From assembly GCA_000004985.1 (NCBI GenBank), contig GG738862.1: 64,000 nucleotides of DNA; one strand, 5' to 3'. The stretch is from Naegleria gruberi. Lineage: Eukaryota. The translations under genes and the position numbers were made by a program. This document shows, one piece after another, positions 45,138-55,485 of this stretch (within the stretch, counting starts at the first letter, position 1; each line of letters opens with the position of its first letter). The notes beneath the pieces were generated by a model. That model was given only the letters and a program-made list of their open reading frames with translations. It had not been told where the DNA came from and did not search any database.

Positions 45138-46181
45138 TTATTTAACCAAGTATAATCCTTCCAAGGCTGTACTTCCATCCTCATCAAATACCAAACGTGG
45201 TAGAATCACTTTATCTATTTTTCCAGATTGTAAATCCAAGTGATTTTGTAAATGTATTTTTTGATCAATTTTGCTTACTTCCAATTCTTGAGGAAGCTGA
45301 AAATCAAAATGCATTGGCTTGGCAACAAGTTTCATCGATAGAAAATGTTTAAAGAACTCCACTCTTTCTAAATTTGAGTTACACCAAAATTTTAACTTTT
45401 TTTCTGCAAGATAGGTCTCCATTTGTGGTTCATCATTCATTTGAAAGTTTTCAATCATTTTGGGAATGTACATGTATAGTATTTCATTCACTCTTGTTTC
45501 TGCTGTTGAGGATATTGACTTGACATAGTTAAAGACATTACTTTTGCTTGCTTCATTCATCATTGCAGAAAATTTCCTTTCTATAGCTCCAAAAATATCA
45601 ATGTGAAGATCTACAAGTGTATCCAGATCCAGATCCGTGTTATCTTCCAACCAAGCTGCAAGAGTTTGGCTTTTGTACCTCTCAAAGTATTTGATTACTT
45701 CTTGAGGAAGTGGAATTGGAGATGTCAAAAGTGCATCTCGTTCTCTCCTTTTCTTCAATGCCCTTTCCATTTGATTGGCATGTTCAGCAACCAGCTCATG
45801 AGCTTGATTGATTTTCCTCTTCAGCTCATTAATTGCCTGCAACTCCTGATCAACCTCTTCCTCCACTATTGGCTCTTCATTATGCTGCTCACCAGATTCA
45901 TCATGTTGTGGAAAAGTAGTATCATGATTGACAACCTCCACAGATTCAAGATTACTTTCCAAACTCTCGGCAACTTTAACTTGCTTTTCCGGTTGATCTC
46001 CTTCACCATCATCACAAGAATGAGTTACTTCATCCATACATGAGTCTTCGCTGGCTGTGGTTGGTTTCTCTTCATCATCATGATGGTTTAAAGTAACCTG
46101 TTCAATCATTTCTTGTGGGTTATTTTCAGACATTTTTTTAGTTGTTGTCTGTTTTGGACATGCCATCTTTCCATATCGCAC
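45138..46181 (-). CDS. Hypothetical acidic protein
   Basis: A 347-aa ORF with eukaryotic codon usage and no recognisable domain. Confidence 0.3.
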   Translation of the reverse strand: MRYGKMACPKQTTTKKMSENNPQEMIEQVTLNHHDDEEKPTTASEDSCMDEVTHSCDDGEGDQPEKQVKVAESLESNLESVEVVNHDTTFPQHDESGEQHNEEPIVEEEVDQELQAINELKRKINQAHELVAEHANQMERALKKRRERDALLTSPIPLPQEVIKYFERYKSQTLAAWLEDNTDLDLDTLVDLHIDIFGAIERKFSAMMNEASKSNVFNYVKSISSTAETRVNEILYMYIPKMIENFQMNDEPQMETYLAEKKLKFWCNSNLERVEFFKHFLSMKLVAKPMHFDFQLPQELEVSKIDQKIHLQNHLDLQSGKIDKVILPRLVFDEDGSTALEGLYLVK

Positions 46182-46247
46182 GGTTGAATTCTAATGCTAA
46201 TAACCTTTCTCAATTCCAACACATCAATCCCAACACAAAAACAAAAA

Positions 46248-48026
46248 ATGTCTTCATCTAATACACCAACACATGTTGCTGCCATTGATTTTGGTACCAG
46301 CAACACCGCAGTTGCCTACGCAAAAACACCAACAACTTCAAACTCTCATTTTGACATTGTACTATTCCAGTTAGATAAGAACAAGCCCAAAACCAAAACT
46401 ATTGTTGCTTTAGATGTAATGAAACCTAAAGGACAACAATGTGTTGCCTTTGGTGATCAAGTTAAGAAGAAATTCGAGGATGAAGAATCCTTCCATTCAG
46501 ATGTATTAGTGTTCGAACATTTTAAAATGCTTCTTCATAACAACTCAAGTGGAAATGAGAGAGATGATGTATGCATTGCTCATAACGGTAAAACAAAACC
46601 ACTCACTCAAGTGATTGGAGAAACATTGAAATATCTAGTAGATCGGACTGTGGAAGAAATTTCCAGTAAAAGCATCAAAACAGTACAAAAGAAAGATATT
46701 ATGTGGGTTTTAACTGTACCAGCAATCTGGACATGGAAAGCTAAGAGTATAATGAGGAATGCCATGAGAGAATATGGCCAAATAGAAGAAAAATTTATCA
46801 TTGAAGCACTTGAACCTGAATGTGCTTCAATTACTTTGTGGCAAGAAAATCCTGAAATTGCCAATCAAAGTAAAACTGCAATGATTGTGGATATTGGGGG
46901 AGGAACAGTTGACATTAGTGTACATAAATTGAATACAAAAGAAAAAAGATTAGAGAGTAAATTAGAAGCAAGAGGAGGAGCTTGGGGTGGACGAAACATT
47001 GACCGATCTCTATTCGAATTTATGCAAGAAGTTTTGAAGTTTGATTTTACTTCATATAAATTTAAAGAAAATGGTGACTATTTCGATTTAACAGCAAATA
47101 TAGAAGACTTGAAAGTTTGTTTTGCTAAAGACTTTGATCCAAGAGACTACAAAGACAAGAATGGTAATCTTTCACTCAATCATGACCAAATCAAATATTC
47201 TATTGTAAAAAGAATTGAAGAATACAAGGAAAGAACCAAAACCAAACAAGTTGATTCTCTTCAGAGAAAGTATGGAATCAAAATTTCATTTCAAATACTT
47301 TTCAGCTTTTATATGAAAATTTTACAAAATATTACTTCTACTATCAATGAAATCATAACACAATTATCAAAGAATAATATAGCAATTGACTATATTTATC
47401 TAGCTGGAGGTATGGCAGAGGCAAAAGTAGTTGTCGATGAAATTAAGAATTCTAGTAAGAATAAGCAAGTAGCAGTTGTTACAAATCCTCAGACTGCAAT
47501 TGTAAGAGGTGCTGTCTATTATGGACTCAATCAAAATATTATCAAAACAAGAGTTTCTACATTTACTTACGGGTTATCTGTGAATGCACCATTCAATCCT
47601 GCTATTCATGATACATCGAGAAAAATTATTAATTTTAATAAGGAAGTTATGTGCAAAGATTGCTTTTTAGAAATAGTTAAAATAGGTGAGGAAATTGACA
47701 CGAATCAAATCAAATCATTAAGTGCTCCTCCAACAACAGTTGATCAAACTGTAATTAATTTTAATATTTTACAAACAAAGAAAAGTAATCCTAAATATGC
47801 AGATGAAAAAGATGTTGAAATATTAGCCTCAATTAGTATTGATATTTCGGATTGTTTGCATTTACCAATTGAAAAGAGGACTGTCACTGTTAACTTTATG
47901 TTTGGAGCTACAATTATTTATGTGAATGCAATTAATGAAGCTACTGGAAAACAAGAGAATGTCTATATTTCATTTGATTGTAAGTTAATCTCTTTCTTAG
48001 AATTTAATAGAAGAAATCTTCACTAG
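46248..48026 (+). CDS. Atypical Hsp70-family ATPase (HSPA12-like, actin-like ATPase fold)
   Basis: VAAIDFGTSNTAVAYA (phosphate-1; compare HSPA12 AIDFGTTSSGYA). MIVDIGGGTVDISV (phosphate-2). LAGGMAEAKVVVDEI (adenosine motif). The start is placed at the ATG after an A-run (46248), and an alternative in-frame ATG lies at 46194. Confidence 0.65.
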   Translation: MSSSNTPTHVAAIDFGTSNTAVAYAKTPTTSNSHFDIVLFQLDKNKPKTKTIVALDVMKPKGQQCVAFGDQVKKKFEDEESFHSDVLVFEHFKMLLHNNSSGNERDDVCIAHNGKTKPLTQVIGETLKYLVDRTVEEISSKSIKTVQKKDIMWVLTVPAIWTWKAKSIMRNAMREYGQIEEKFIIEALEPECASITLWQENPEIANQSKTAMIVDIGGGTVDISVHKLNTKEKRLESKLEARGGAWGGRNIDRSLFEFMQEVLKFDFTSYKFKENGDYFDLTANIEDLKVCFAKDFDPRDYKDKNGNLSLNHDQIKYSIVKRIEEYKERTKTKQVDSLQRKYGIKISFQILFSFYMKILQNITSTINEIITQLSKNNIAIDYIYLAGGMAEAKVVVDEIKNSSKNKQVAVVTNPQTAIVRGAVYYGLNQNIIKTRVSTFTYGLSVNAPFNPAIHDTSRKIINFNKEVMCKDCFLEIVKIGEEIDTNQIKSLSAPPTTVDQTVINFNILQTKKSNPKYADEKDVEILASISIDISDCLHLPIEKRTVTVNFMFGATIIYVNAINEATGKQENVYISFDCKLISFLEFNRRNLH

Positions 48027-48214
48027 ACACTTCCAATAATAATAACACTTCAAAGAGATCTTTAGAAGAGGAATGTACTTCCTCTAAAAAGACCAAATCT
48101 AATCCCACATCAACTGATCCCTTAACTTCCATACTTCAGAAAAAAGAAGGAAACAGTCTCTTTAGTGATATTCTGCAAAGAAATTCAAAGAGTCAGCACG
48201 TTGCTCCAATATTA

Positions 48215-49455
48215 GTGAAAGACAATGAAAGTGAAAAATTTGAAGATGAAGTTAAAACGTATGATACTGTTTATAATGGTATTATTAGAGATTATAAACC
48301 AAAGGATTTCTTTAGGGCCCTCTTTAGAATTAAGGATATTCCACAAAAATACCTATCAAGTTATTCTGAATTAGCAAAATATTTGACTGAACCTTTCACA
48401 AATGTGGAAGACAAAGCAAAAGTTATCTATGCATGGATCACCCATAATATTGCCTATGATGTTTATTCAGCAAGAACCAATTCATATCACAATGATCCAA
48501 TCAAAACATTTAAAGAAAGAAAGGGTGTATGTGGAGGATATGCTGCCTTATTTCAAGCAATGATGTTTCAATGTGATGTTCCTTCAACAGTTAAAATTAA
48601 TGGTAGATCTAAATCAGTAGATGGAAATGTAGGATCTCATGCATGGAGTGCTGTTCAATTAGAAAATGGTCAATACTTTCTATTAGATTGTACTTGGGGA
48701 GCTGGATTTACTTCATCAGGTATATTCGAAAGACATTTTAATCCAAACTACTTCTTTGTCAATCCAAAAACTCTAATATCTACTCACTTACCTGACAATG
48801 ATAAATGGCAATTTTTAGAAAAAACAGTAACTCCAGATGAGTATTATGAACTACCTGTAATTACTCAACATGGTATTAATAATGGATTGACTATTATTTC
48901 AAACAAGAAAAAGAGTATTCTTTTACAAGATACAAACAGAGGAATTTTGGTTCTTCAAGCCAATCCAAACTTGAATTGGGATGCTGATTTAAAAGATTTG
49001 AGTGGAAATTCAATTGCAGACAAAACTTTTGTCTGTATGAATCCAGTACTGCCAATATTCATTACATTATTCCACAAGCTGATAAGGCCTACCGTCTATA
49101 TCTGTATTTGGATAAGATGTGCGTCACATCATATGAGATTAAAACAAGGAAGGTAACGATTAATGATGTCTTTGTTACTAAATATAAGGGAATGGAAGAT
49201 GCACGAGTTGGAATTCTCCATCCATTACAAAAGAGATTAGATTCTGATAAGGAATGGACATTTGTGTTAAAAAATCCTCAAGGAAGAGATTTATATTTTA
49301 GTTATGATGGGCAGTACATTCCACTTGTAAAAGTGGGAGAATTTCAAGTAATGAAAACAAGAATTCCACCAAATGCCAAACAAATCAGTATTTGTTTTAT
49401 GGAAGGAGAATATTGGGTAACCATCTGTCGTTATGATGTTCAATTAGTAATATAG
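48215..49455 (+). CDS. Transglutaminase-like cysteine-peptidase-fold protein (kyphoscoliosis peptidase KY-like). Two ORFs (48215..49156 and 49108..49455) are linked by a frame change near 49030-49090.
   Basis: RKGVCGGYAALFQAMMFQCDVPSTVKINGRSKS...GSHAWSAVQLENGQYFLLDCTWGAG forms the Cys-His-Asp transglutaminase-like core. Frame 1 is open from 48988 and reads protein-like sequence (IIPQADKAYRLYLYLDKMCVTSYEIK). A candidate 56-nt intron runs 49031..49086 (GTCTGT...AAG). Confidence 0.5.
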
Positions 49456-49518
49456 CTCAACAAAATTTGATAATCAAGTAATTGTTATTAGGTAATTAAT
49501 CATTTTGCTCCATGTTGT

Positions 49519-51003
49519 TTACTTCATTCCATATCTTTTGGAAATGAACTCAAGCATTGCTGTGGATGTTGGTCTGGCAAGATGGTCAAAAACGAGTAGC
49601 TTTTTGATGATTGTGGTCATGAAATGATTTGAATAACCTCTAAATGTGTTATTCAAATATTGATTGAGCAGCTCATGAGATGGTATATAACCCAAACAAA
49701 TAAAGCCATTTGTAACACAAACATCTGTTGCATCTGTAAAGGTTGCAAGAGGGTCAATATCCCATATTTGACACATTATGTTGAAAAATGTAACTCCCAA
49801 GCTCCATATATCTAGTTTAGTAGATTTGTGATTCTTTTTCAATGTTTCTGGAGGTAAATAGAGCTTTGTACCAAATAAACTTGAAATACTTCCACTGGCA
49901 GAGTCATCTACCAATTCAAAATCTGACAAACAAACATAGACATCTGGTTTGTAATAGCTTACCAGAATATTTGCCTCTTTGATATCGTTATGAGATAGCT
50001 CAATATCATGTATGGATTTTAAGCCTTTCAAGTTTTGTACCACAATTTGTCCCAATAGAGCATCACGTTGATTGGAATCAGATTTGAGAATGGGAATGAA
50101 ACCAAGTAATGACATTTGTAGAAGTGGGCTAATCATTTCCACCTTGTAATGATCTTCAATATATCTATAGTCATACTTTTCAATACGAAGAACGTGAGAT
50201 GGTTGTGGAATGGTTTGCAGTTTTTTCTTTTTTGAATTCCAGATAATTGTAGAACATTCAATAATAATACTTACAATTTTGTACTCAAGATCCTCAATTG
50301 TTGGGAGTTGTCTATATTGTTTCAAAGCCTTTCTTTCCTTAAAGAACTTGTGCTCTATTTCATATACGATCCCATTTGTACCACTTCCAATGAATTTGAT
50401 TACCTTGTAGAATTGCTTAATTTCATCTGGAAGGTCAATAAATAGTTCTGTTTCTTTGATTGGTTTAATGGGTTGCTCCTCAATCTTCAAGTTGGAAGAG
50501 TAAAATTCAAATATAATTGAATCACCAATCTCAGTAAGTTGTTCTTCATTAAAATCAAGAGTTCCAATATTATCAAAGGTACGGTATTGAAAATGACCAA
50601 AAACACTATACATCTCTAAAAATACCTTTGATGCTGAATTCTCATCCAGTTTACGATGAATCTTGATACAATCTAATAGAGTTTCAAAATAATCTTCAAG
50701 AAAGAGAATGTGTGCACTGTGATGTTTAAGTTGCCTTACTCTTTCCTCATTACATAAATTAGCTAGTACATGAATTATTGAATTCAGTTTTTTCTCAATA
50801 GAAACTCTGTTTTGTTCCAATGTTGTCTTGTGATTAAGCAATGTGTAAAGACCGAAACGATTAACCTTGGTCTGTCCAATTATGAACCATAGAGAGAGCT
50901 TTTTATCAGCAATGATTTGATCTCTGGTTTTAAGTAATGAACTGTATGATCGATACAACATGTTGAATTGCTCTAGTGAATAGGTAATAACATATTCAAT
51001 CAA
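49519..51003 (-). CDS. Protein kinase-domain protein with variant catalytic motifs (HND, DFE), a possible pseudokinase
   Basis: IGSGTNGIVYEIEHKFFKERKALK (Gly loop plus Lys). HNDIKEANILV (HRD replaced by HND). LSDFELV (DFG replaced by DFE). PPETLKK...DIWSLGVTFFNIM. Confidence 0.6.
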   Translation of the reverse strand: MIEYVITYSLEQFNMLYRSYSSLLKTRDQIIADKKLSLWFIIGQTKVNRFGLYTLLNHKTTLEQNRVSIEKKLNSIIHVLANLCNEERVRQLKHHSAHILFLEDYFETLLDCIKIHRKLDENSASKVFLEMYSVFGHFQYRTFDNIGTLDFNEEQLTEIGDSIIFEFYSSNLKIEEQPIKPIKETELFIDLPDEIKQFYKVIKFIGSGTNGIVYEIEHKFFKERKALKQYRQLPTIEDLEYKIVSIIIECSTIIWNSKKKKLQTIPQPSHVLRIEKYDYRYIEDHYKVEMISPLLQMSLLGFIPILKSDSNQRDALLGQIVVQNLKGLKSIHDIELSHNDIKEANILVSYYKPDVYVCLSDFELVDDSASGSISSLFGTKLYLPPETLKKNHKSTKLDIWSLGVTFFNIMCQIWDIDPLATFTDATDVCVTNGFICLGYIPSHELLNQYLNNTFRGYSNHFMTTIIKKLLVFDHLARPTSTAMLEFISKRYGMK

Positions 51004-51072
51004 GTCTATTCCTAAATTGATTGGAAATTGTTTTTGTAAAGCAAATCAAAAAGCATAAATATTTAAAAAAAA

Positions 51073-52683
51073 ATGATCAAATCAATTATTGGGAAGAGTT
51101 TTCAACTTTCTAAAAGAAATAACACTTTTAATAATACATTAATCAACAATCAACTTTCAAAGCCTTCATTATTGCCACAATTTATTGAATTAATCAATAA
51201 TCATCGTTCCTTCTCTCTGACTTTATCTTTACATGATGAAGAAAAGGCTTCTCCGATATTATTAAATAATAATCAAACAAATAATTCAACAAGTACAAAT
51301 AATAATAGTGGAAAAAGTAATTCCGAAGAAAAATCAAGTAAATCCAATAAATCCTCTGATGGAGGTGGAGGTGGCGGTGATGGAAAGAAGAAATCATCTA
51401 AAACATTTAGTGTATATATGAAGAAATGGTTAACTTATGGAGTATTAACGACTATTGCAATTACTAGTGTAAATTATCAAGATATTGTAGCAGAAAAGAA
51501 GAGTATTGAATGGATTAAAGATGGTTCTAGGAATACTGACAATAATGAGAATCATAGATCCCCTTCATTAAATCATCACCATTTGTGGATTTCTCGAGAG
51601 GAAGAAGTAAAGAATTTGGAAAGTTTAATTAGTACTAATCATGATAGAGAAATTGCACCTTCATATATATTGGTAGTTGGAAGAAAGGGAGATGGAAAGT
51701 CAAATATTTCAAAGGAACTTTCTAAAAAGATTGGAAAGTCCTGTATTCACATTCAATTCCAAAGAGATATGAAAGAAATTCAAATTGTGGAAGAAATTGC
51801 AAAAGCAGTGAGGTATTATCCATTCATGAATAGAAATGATCTACCTCTTCACAAGTATATTGTAAGAAGTTTTTTGGAAATTGTTAGACCTTCAAAACCA
51901 ACATTTTCTGAAATGACTCATGTATTGAAATCAATAACTTCAAAGATGAAAGATGAAGAATTAGTTCCATATTTTATATTTGATGGAGTGGATACTCTTG
52001 TTAAAAAGAATAATGAAAGTGTAGAATTTAATCTCTTACCTGATTTGATTGAGCTTTGTAAAGAAGGATCGACTAATAATTGGTTTGGAAGTGTTTTATT
52101 CACAAATGAGGAAGGAATGAAGCATGTACAATCTTCATCTGGTCGTTATGCTATTAGTAACATTTATTATTTGCCTGGAATCAAGAAATTGGATGCCATT
52201 TCATACCTCTCTCAATCAACATCACGTGAAAATGCTGAAATTTTGGTAAATGATATTTGTGGGGATCATCTTAAAACAATACTTGATGTTTCTAAAGAAT
52301 TGAAAATGAATTTATCAAACGAAGAAATTATTCAACACTTTGTGAAATTTGTAAAACAAAATTTAAGAGGTCTAGAGCTAGGTCAAATACCCAATAATAA
52401 GGAAGCATTTGCCGTTTGGAATCTTTTATATTACATGTCAAAGAATGGAGGAGAATGTACCATCAGTGAAGCCTCAATATGTATTGGATATGAAAACAAA
52501 CCATTACAAGTCATCATTGAGAATCTTATTTCAAGAGATTTGATTCGTACCAAGGCTGATGGACAACTTTCGTTTTATAATAATGCCGTTGGTTATTTAG
52601 TGAATAGATCTAGGTCAAGAAATGTTGATCTATTCCACAAGTTCGACAAAGTGCAACCAAAAGAAAGAATTTTAGATTTTTAA
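51073..52683 (+). CDS. P-loop NTPase-domain protein (Walker A GRKGDGKS) with a presequence-like N-terminus
   Basis: ILVVGRKGDGKSNISKEL is a Walker A motif. The family was not recognised. Confidence 0.35.
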   Translation: MIKSIIGKSFQLSKRNNTFNNTLINNQLSKPSLLPQFIELINNHRSFSLTLSLHDEEKASPILLNNNQTNNSTSTNNNSGKSNSEEKSSKSNKSSDGGGGGGDGKKKSSKTFSVYMKKWLTYGVLTTIAITSVNYQDIVAEKKSIEWIKDGSRNTDNNENHRSPSLNHHHLWISREEEVKNLESLISTNHDREIAPSYILVVGRKGDGKSNISKELSKKIGKSCIHIQFQRDMKEIQIVEEIAKAVRYYPFMNRNDLPLHKYIVRSFLEIVRPSKPTFSEMTHVLKSITSKMKDEELVPYFIFDGVDTLVKKNNESVEFNLLPDLIELCKEGSTNNWFGSVLFTNEEGMKHVQSSSGRYAISNIYYLPGIKKLDAISYLSQSTSRENAEILVNDICGDHLKTILDVSKELKMNLSNEEIIQHFVKFVKQNLRGLELGQIPNNKEAFAVWNLLYYMSKNGGECTISEASICIGYENKPLQVIIENLISRDLIRTKADGQLSFYNNAVGYLVNRSRSRNVDLFHKFDKVQPKERILDF

Positions 52684-52716
52684 ATAAATTATAATTTTGT
52701 ATTTTTTTTAATTTTT

Positions 52717-54444
52717 TTATAAAAGACCTTTGAAAATGTCATTGGCACCATCATCAGTCGGTAAACTAAACATAATGTTAGGATCAACTGAGTACAATTT
52801 GGTGATGACATAATTAATCATTTGTCTCTTCTTTTGCTCGTCTGTGTTTGTTTGAATATAATCAAAAACACTTGTTGTAACTTGTTTAAAGTCATCAAAA
52901 CTGGAAATCTTAACCTTTTGTGGGCTTGATTGAGGTGTTGTTGTTGTGGTAACTGTATTAATTTCTGCAGCTTCTTCTTCCTTTCTCTTTCTTTTGGAAG
53001 CTTGTTTCTTAGTCTTGTTCTTAGATGGTTTTCTGGCTAAAACCTTGAAGGAAGCAGATTCCTTAATGAGGATTGGGTTATCCAAATCAGATTCAATAAA
53101 GTAGGAAACTCTGAAAGCAAATTTACAATTACCATGATGATAACTACAATCTGTGAACTTAATCTTCATACTTGTTGAAGCAATATTTTCGTTAGCATTT
53201 CCCTTTGAAACGTTGGATTCTACAACACCTCCCAGAATAGTCTTACCGTTCTTTAAAACTTCATTCTTATTATCTGGGTGAATGATTTGTACACGACAGA
53301 AGAGTTGGAGATCATTATCAGATTCGTTCAAAAATTTAAGACACTTAATTTCATGTCTCATCTCATATTTGATAGAGCTATACAATTCACTTTCTACAAT
53401 AGAATCATTTCTTGGACCAGAATCTCTTGTTTCTAAATAAATATTAACTTGAACATTTGAAGAATCAAGAAAATCTCTATTAACATGACAATTTGACCAT
53501 TCACGATTCTCTTCACATTCTGAAGTATTATCACCTTCCTTTTTACAATCCATTGGTTTAGAATCACTATCATCTTCAATTTCTTCATCTTCAGTATTAT
53601 TTGCATTGGTATTTTGTACATTTTGACTTGTTGTAGTGGCAGTATTAGTTTGAACATTACTAACAGTATTATTGTTAGAATTTGTAGATGATTGTGTGAT
53701 GACTGTAGCAGGATTGTTAAGTGAGAGTTGTTGAGCTGTGGTGGTAGTTGTAGAGCTAGCAGTTGGAAGGGAATGTTGGAGATGTGAATGATTTAACAAT
53801 TGTTGTTGTTGCTGTAAGAGTACAGCAGCAGCAGCGCTTTGATCGTACAAAGCAGCTAATGGAGTATGGCTTGAGAAATGAATTGGGTGAATTGGATGAC
53901 TCAAAGGATGATATAAATATGGAGAATATTGACTTGGATAGTAATGATATGGATGATGACCAGCAGCTGCTGATAATAAAGCAGCATTATTTACAATAGA
54001 ATTACCACTTGTACTTGTTGTAGTATTATTAGATTCTACATTATTTGTTTGACCAGAGGCTAACATTTGAAGAGTGGCTTGATGATGAGTATGATCAACA
54101 GCATTATTCAACTCTTCCAAAAGTAATTGTGTAGTGGACATTTGAGTTGTAGCATTAGGATGAACAAAAGATGCCAAGTGGTGATGACTATTTGCAGATA
54201 ATGGTGTTGTTGGATCAACAGTATTTGGGTGCATATGAGAAGCTCCCATCATTAAACTAGCATGTTGTAAATTTTCGGTGCCTAACATTTGCATCAACTC
54301 ATGATAATTAATTCTCTTATCGTGAACAGATTCTACAACTGGTGTAGTAGAAGATCCATTGTTAGTATTCGTAGTATTATTATTATTATTATTGGATGAA
54401 TTAGTAATATTAGATGCTGATAACGAACGACGAGGTTGTTGCAT
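52717..54444 (-). CDS. Q/N/H/T-rich nuclear-type protein with a conserved approximately 200-aa C-terminal beta-rich domain (putative DNA-binding). Family unassigned.
   Basis: The C-terminal block ...NVQVNIYLETRDSGPRNDSIVESELYSSIKYEMRHEIKCLKFLN...ILGGVVESN...CKFAFRVSYFIESD is followed by KKQASKRKRKEE (NLS-like). Confidence 0.3.
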   Translation of the reverse strand: MQQPRRSLSASNITNSSNNNNNNTTNTNNGSSTTPVVESVHDKRINYHELMQMLGTENLQHASLMMGASHMHPNTVDPTTPLSANSHHHLASFVHPNATTQMSTTQLLLEELNNAVDHTHHQATLQMLASGQTNNVESNNTTTSTSGNSIVNNAALLSAAAGHHPYHYYPSQYSPYLYHPLSHPIHPIHFSSHTPLAALYDQSAAAAVLLQQQQQLLNHSHLQHSLPTASSTTTTTAQQLSLNNPATVITQSSTNSNNNTVSNVQTNTATTTSQNVQNTNANNTEDEEIEDDSDSKPMDCKKEGDNTSECEENREWSNCHVNRDFLDSSNVQVNIYLETRDSGPRNDSIVESELYSSIKYEMRHEIKCLKFLNESDNDLQLFCRVQIIHPDNKNEVLKNGKTILGGVVESNVSKGNANENIASTSMKIKFTDCSYHHGNCKFAFRVSYFIESDLDNPILIKESASFKVLARKPSKNKTKKQASKRKRKEEEAAEINTVTTTTTPQSSPQKVKISSFDDFKQVTTSVFDYIQTNTDEQKKRQMINYVITKLYSVDPNIMFSLPTDDGANDIFKGLL

Positions 54445-55485
54445 ATTGTTAGATTATTTGTGGAGTTGTTTGTTGTTGGGTTTAATAAGATTGAATTCTC
54501 TCTCTACTTGTAAAGAACCAAATATAATTTCGACAATGATGGGCAGGTTAACACACTTTTAACGTTGATAGAATACTTTCAAAGAAGTAATATATAAATA
54601 AACAGGTTGAATGATTAATTATATGGGTGATTGTGATTTATCAGGGCTTTGCCGAGAGTAAAAAGTGGTATCTTTGTTTGAGTGGTGTGATCGCTGAACA
54701 GCAGGTTATGTCGAATATATTTGTGTTCTTTGCAAAGAGGAGGTTTCAATGCAAATTATTTCTTTCAAAATAGATAAATCCCACTGGAGCGTTTTAAAGA
54801 TTTTTAACCGATTGTTTTCTAGCCTTGAACCTTCATAAAATTAAAAATAGTTTTGCCTTTCAACTAAAAATACATTTTTGATTTGTTTTGTTAGTGGCGC
54901 CAATTGCATTTCTTTGAAATTCCGGGTTTTCCGTGTATTACAATTAAGCTTTTTTATTGGGCCGTAGATGATCAACAAAATTCACACAACAGGTGTGCTT
55001 GTGAAAAAGATAAAAGACTTATTGGATTTATTTGTTAAAGTTCAGATGTTGTCCATATATACATTCTGTAGCTACACAACTGTTGTTGCAATTACTGCAA
55101 TACAAATGAATAAAGGGCATGTGGGTTTTGGTTATTTGAAAGACAATTTTATGCCATGTGCAATTTATTTGTTGAGGATTGAGTCTATTGGAAAAATGTG
55201 AAATTCTGCAATAAATTGTTGAATTGGTATTAGGATTGAAAGGTCCATTTATTCGTTAACGAATCCTTTCGATTCTAACTATGTGAATTTATTCATTTAA
55301 AGATGTATCCTCAACGATTAGTTTCATTTAAAGCTCCGTCTCACTTGAGATGCAACATTGTTAACGATACAAAAGATATTTTGCAGAATTGGAAATACTA
55401 CGAATTACAGTATCTACGAATTTTATTTACAATATATTCTATAATTTACAATCCTTTAACTCCAAAGGAATCAATGATGAATGAC

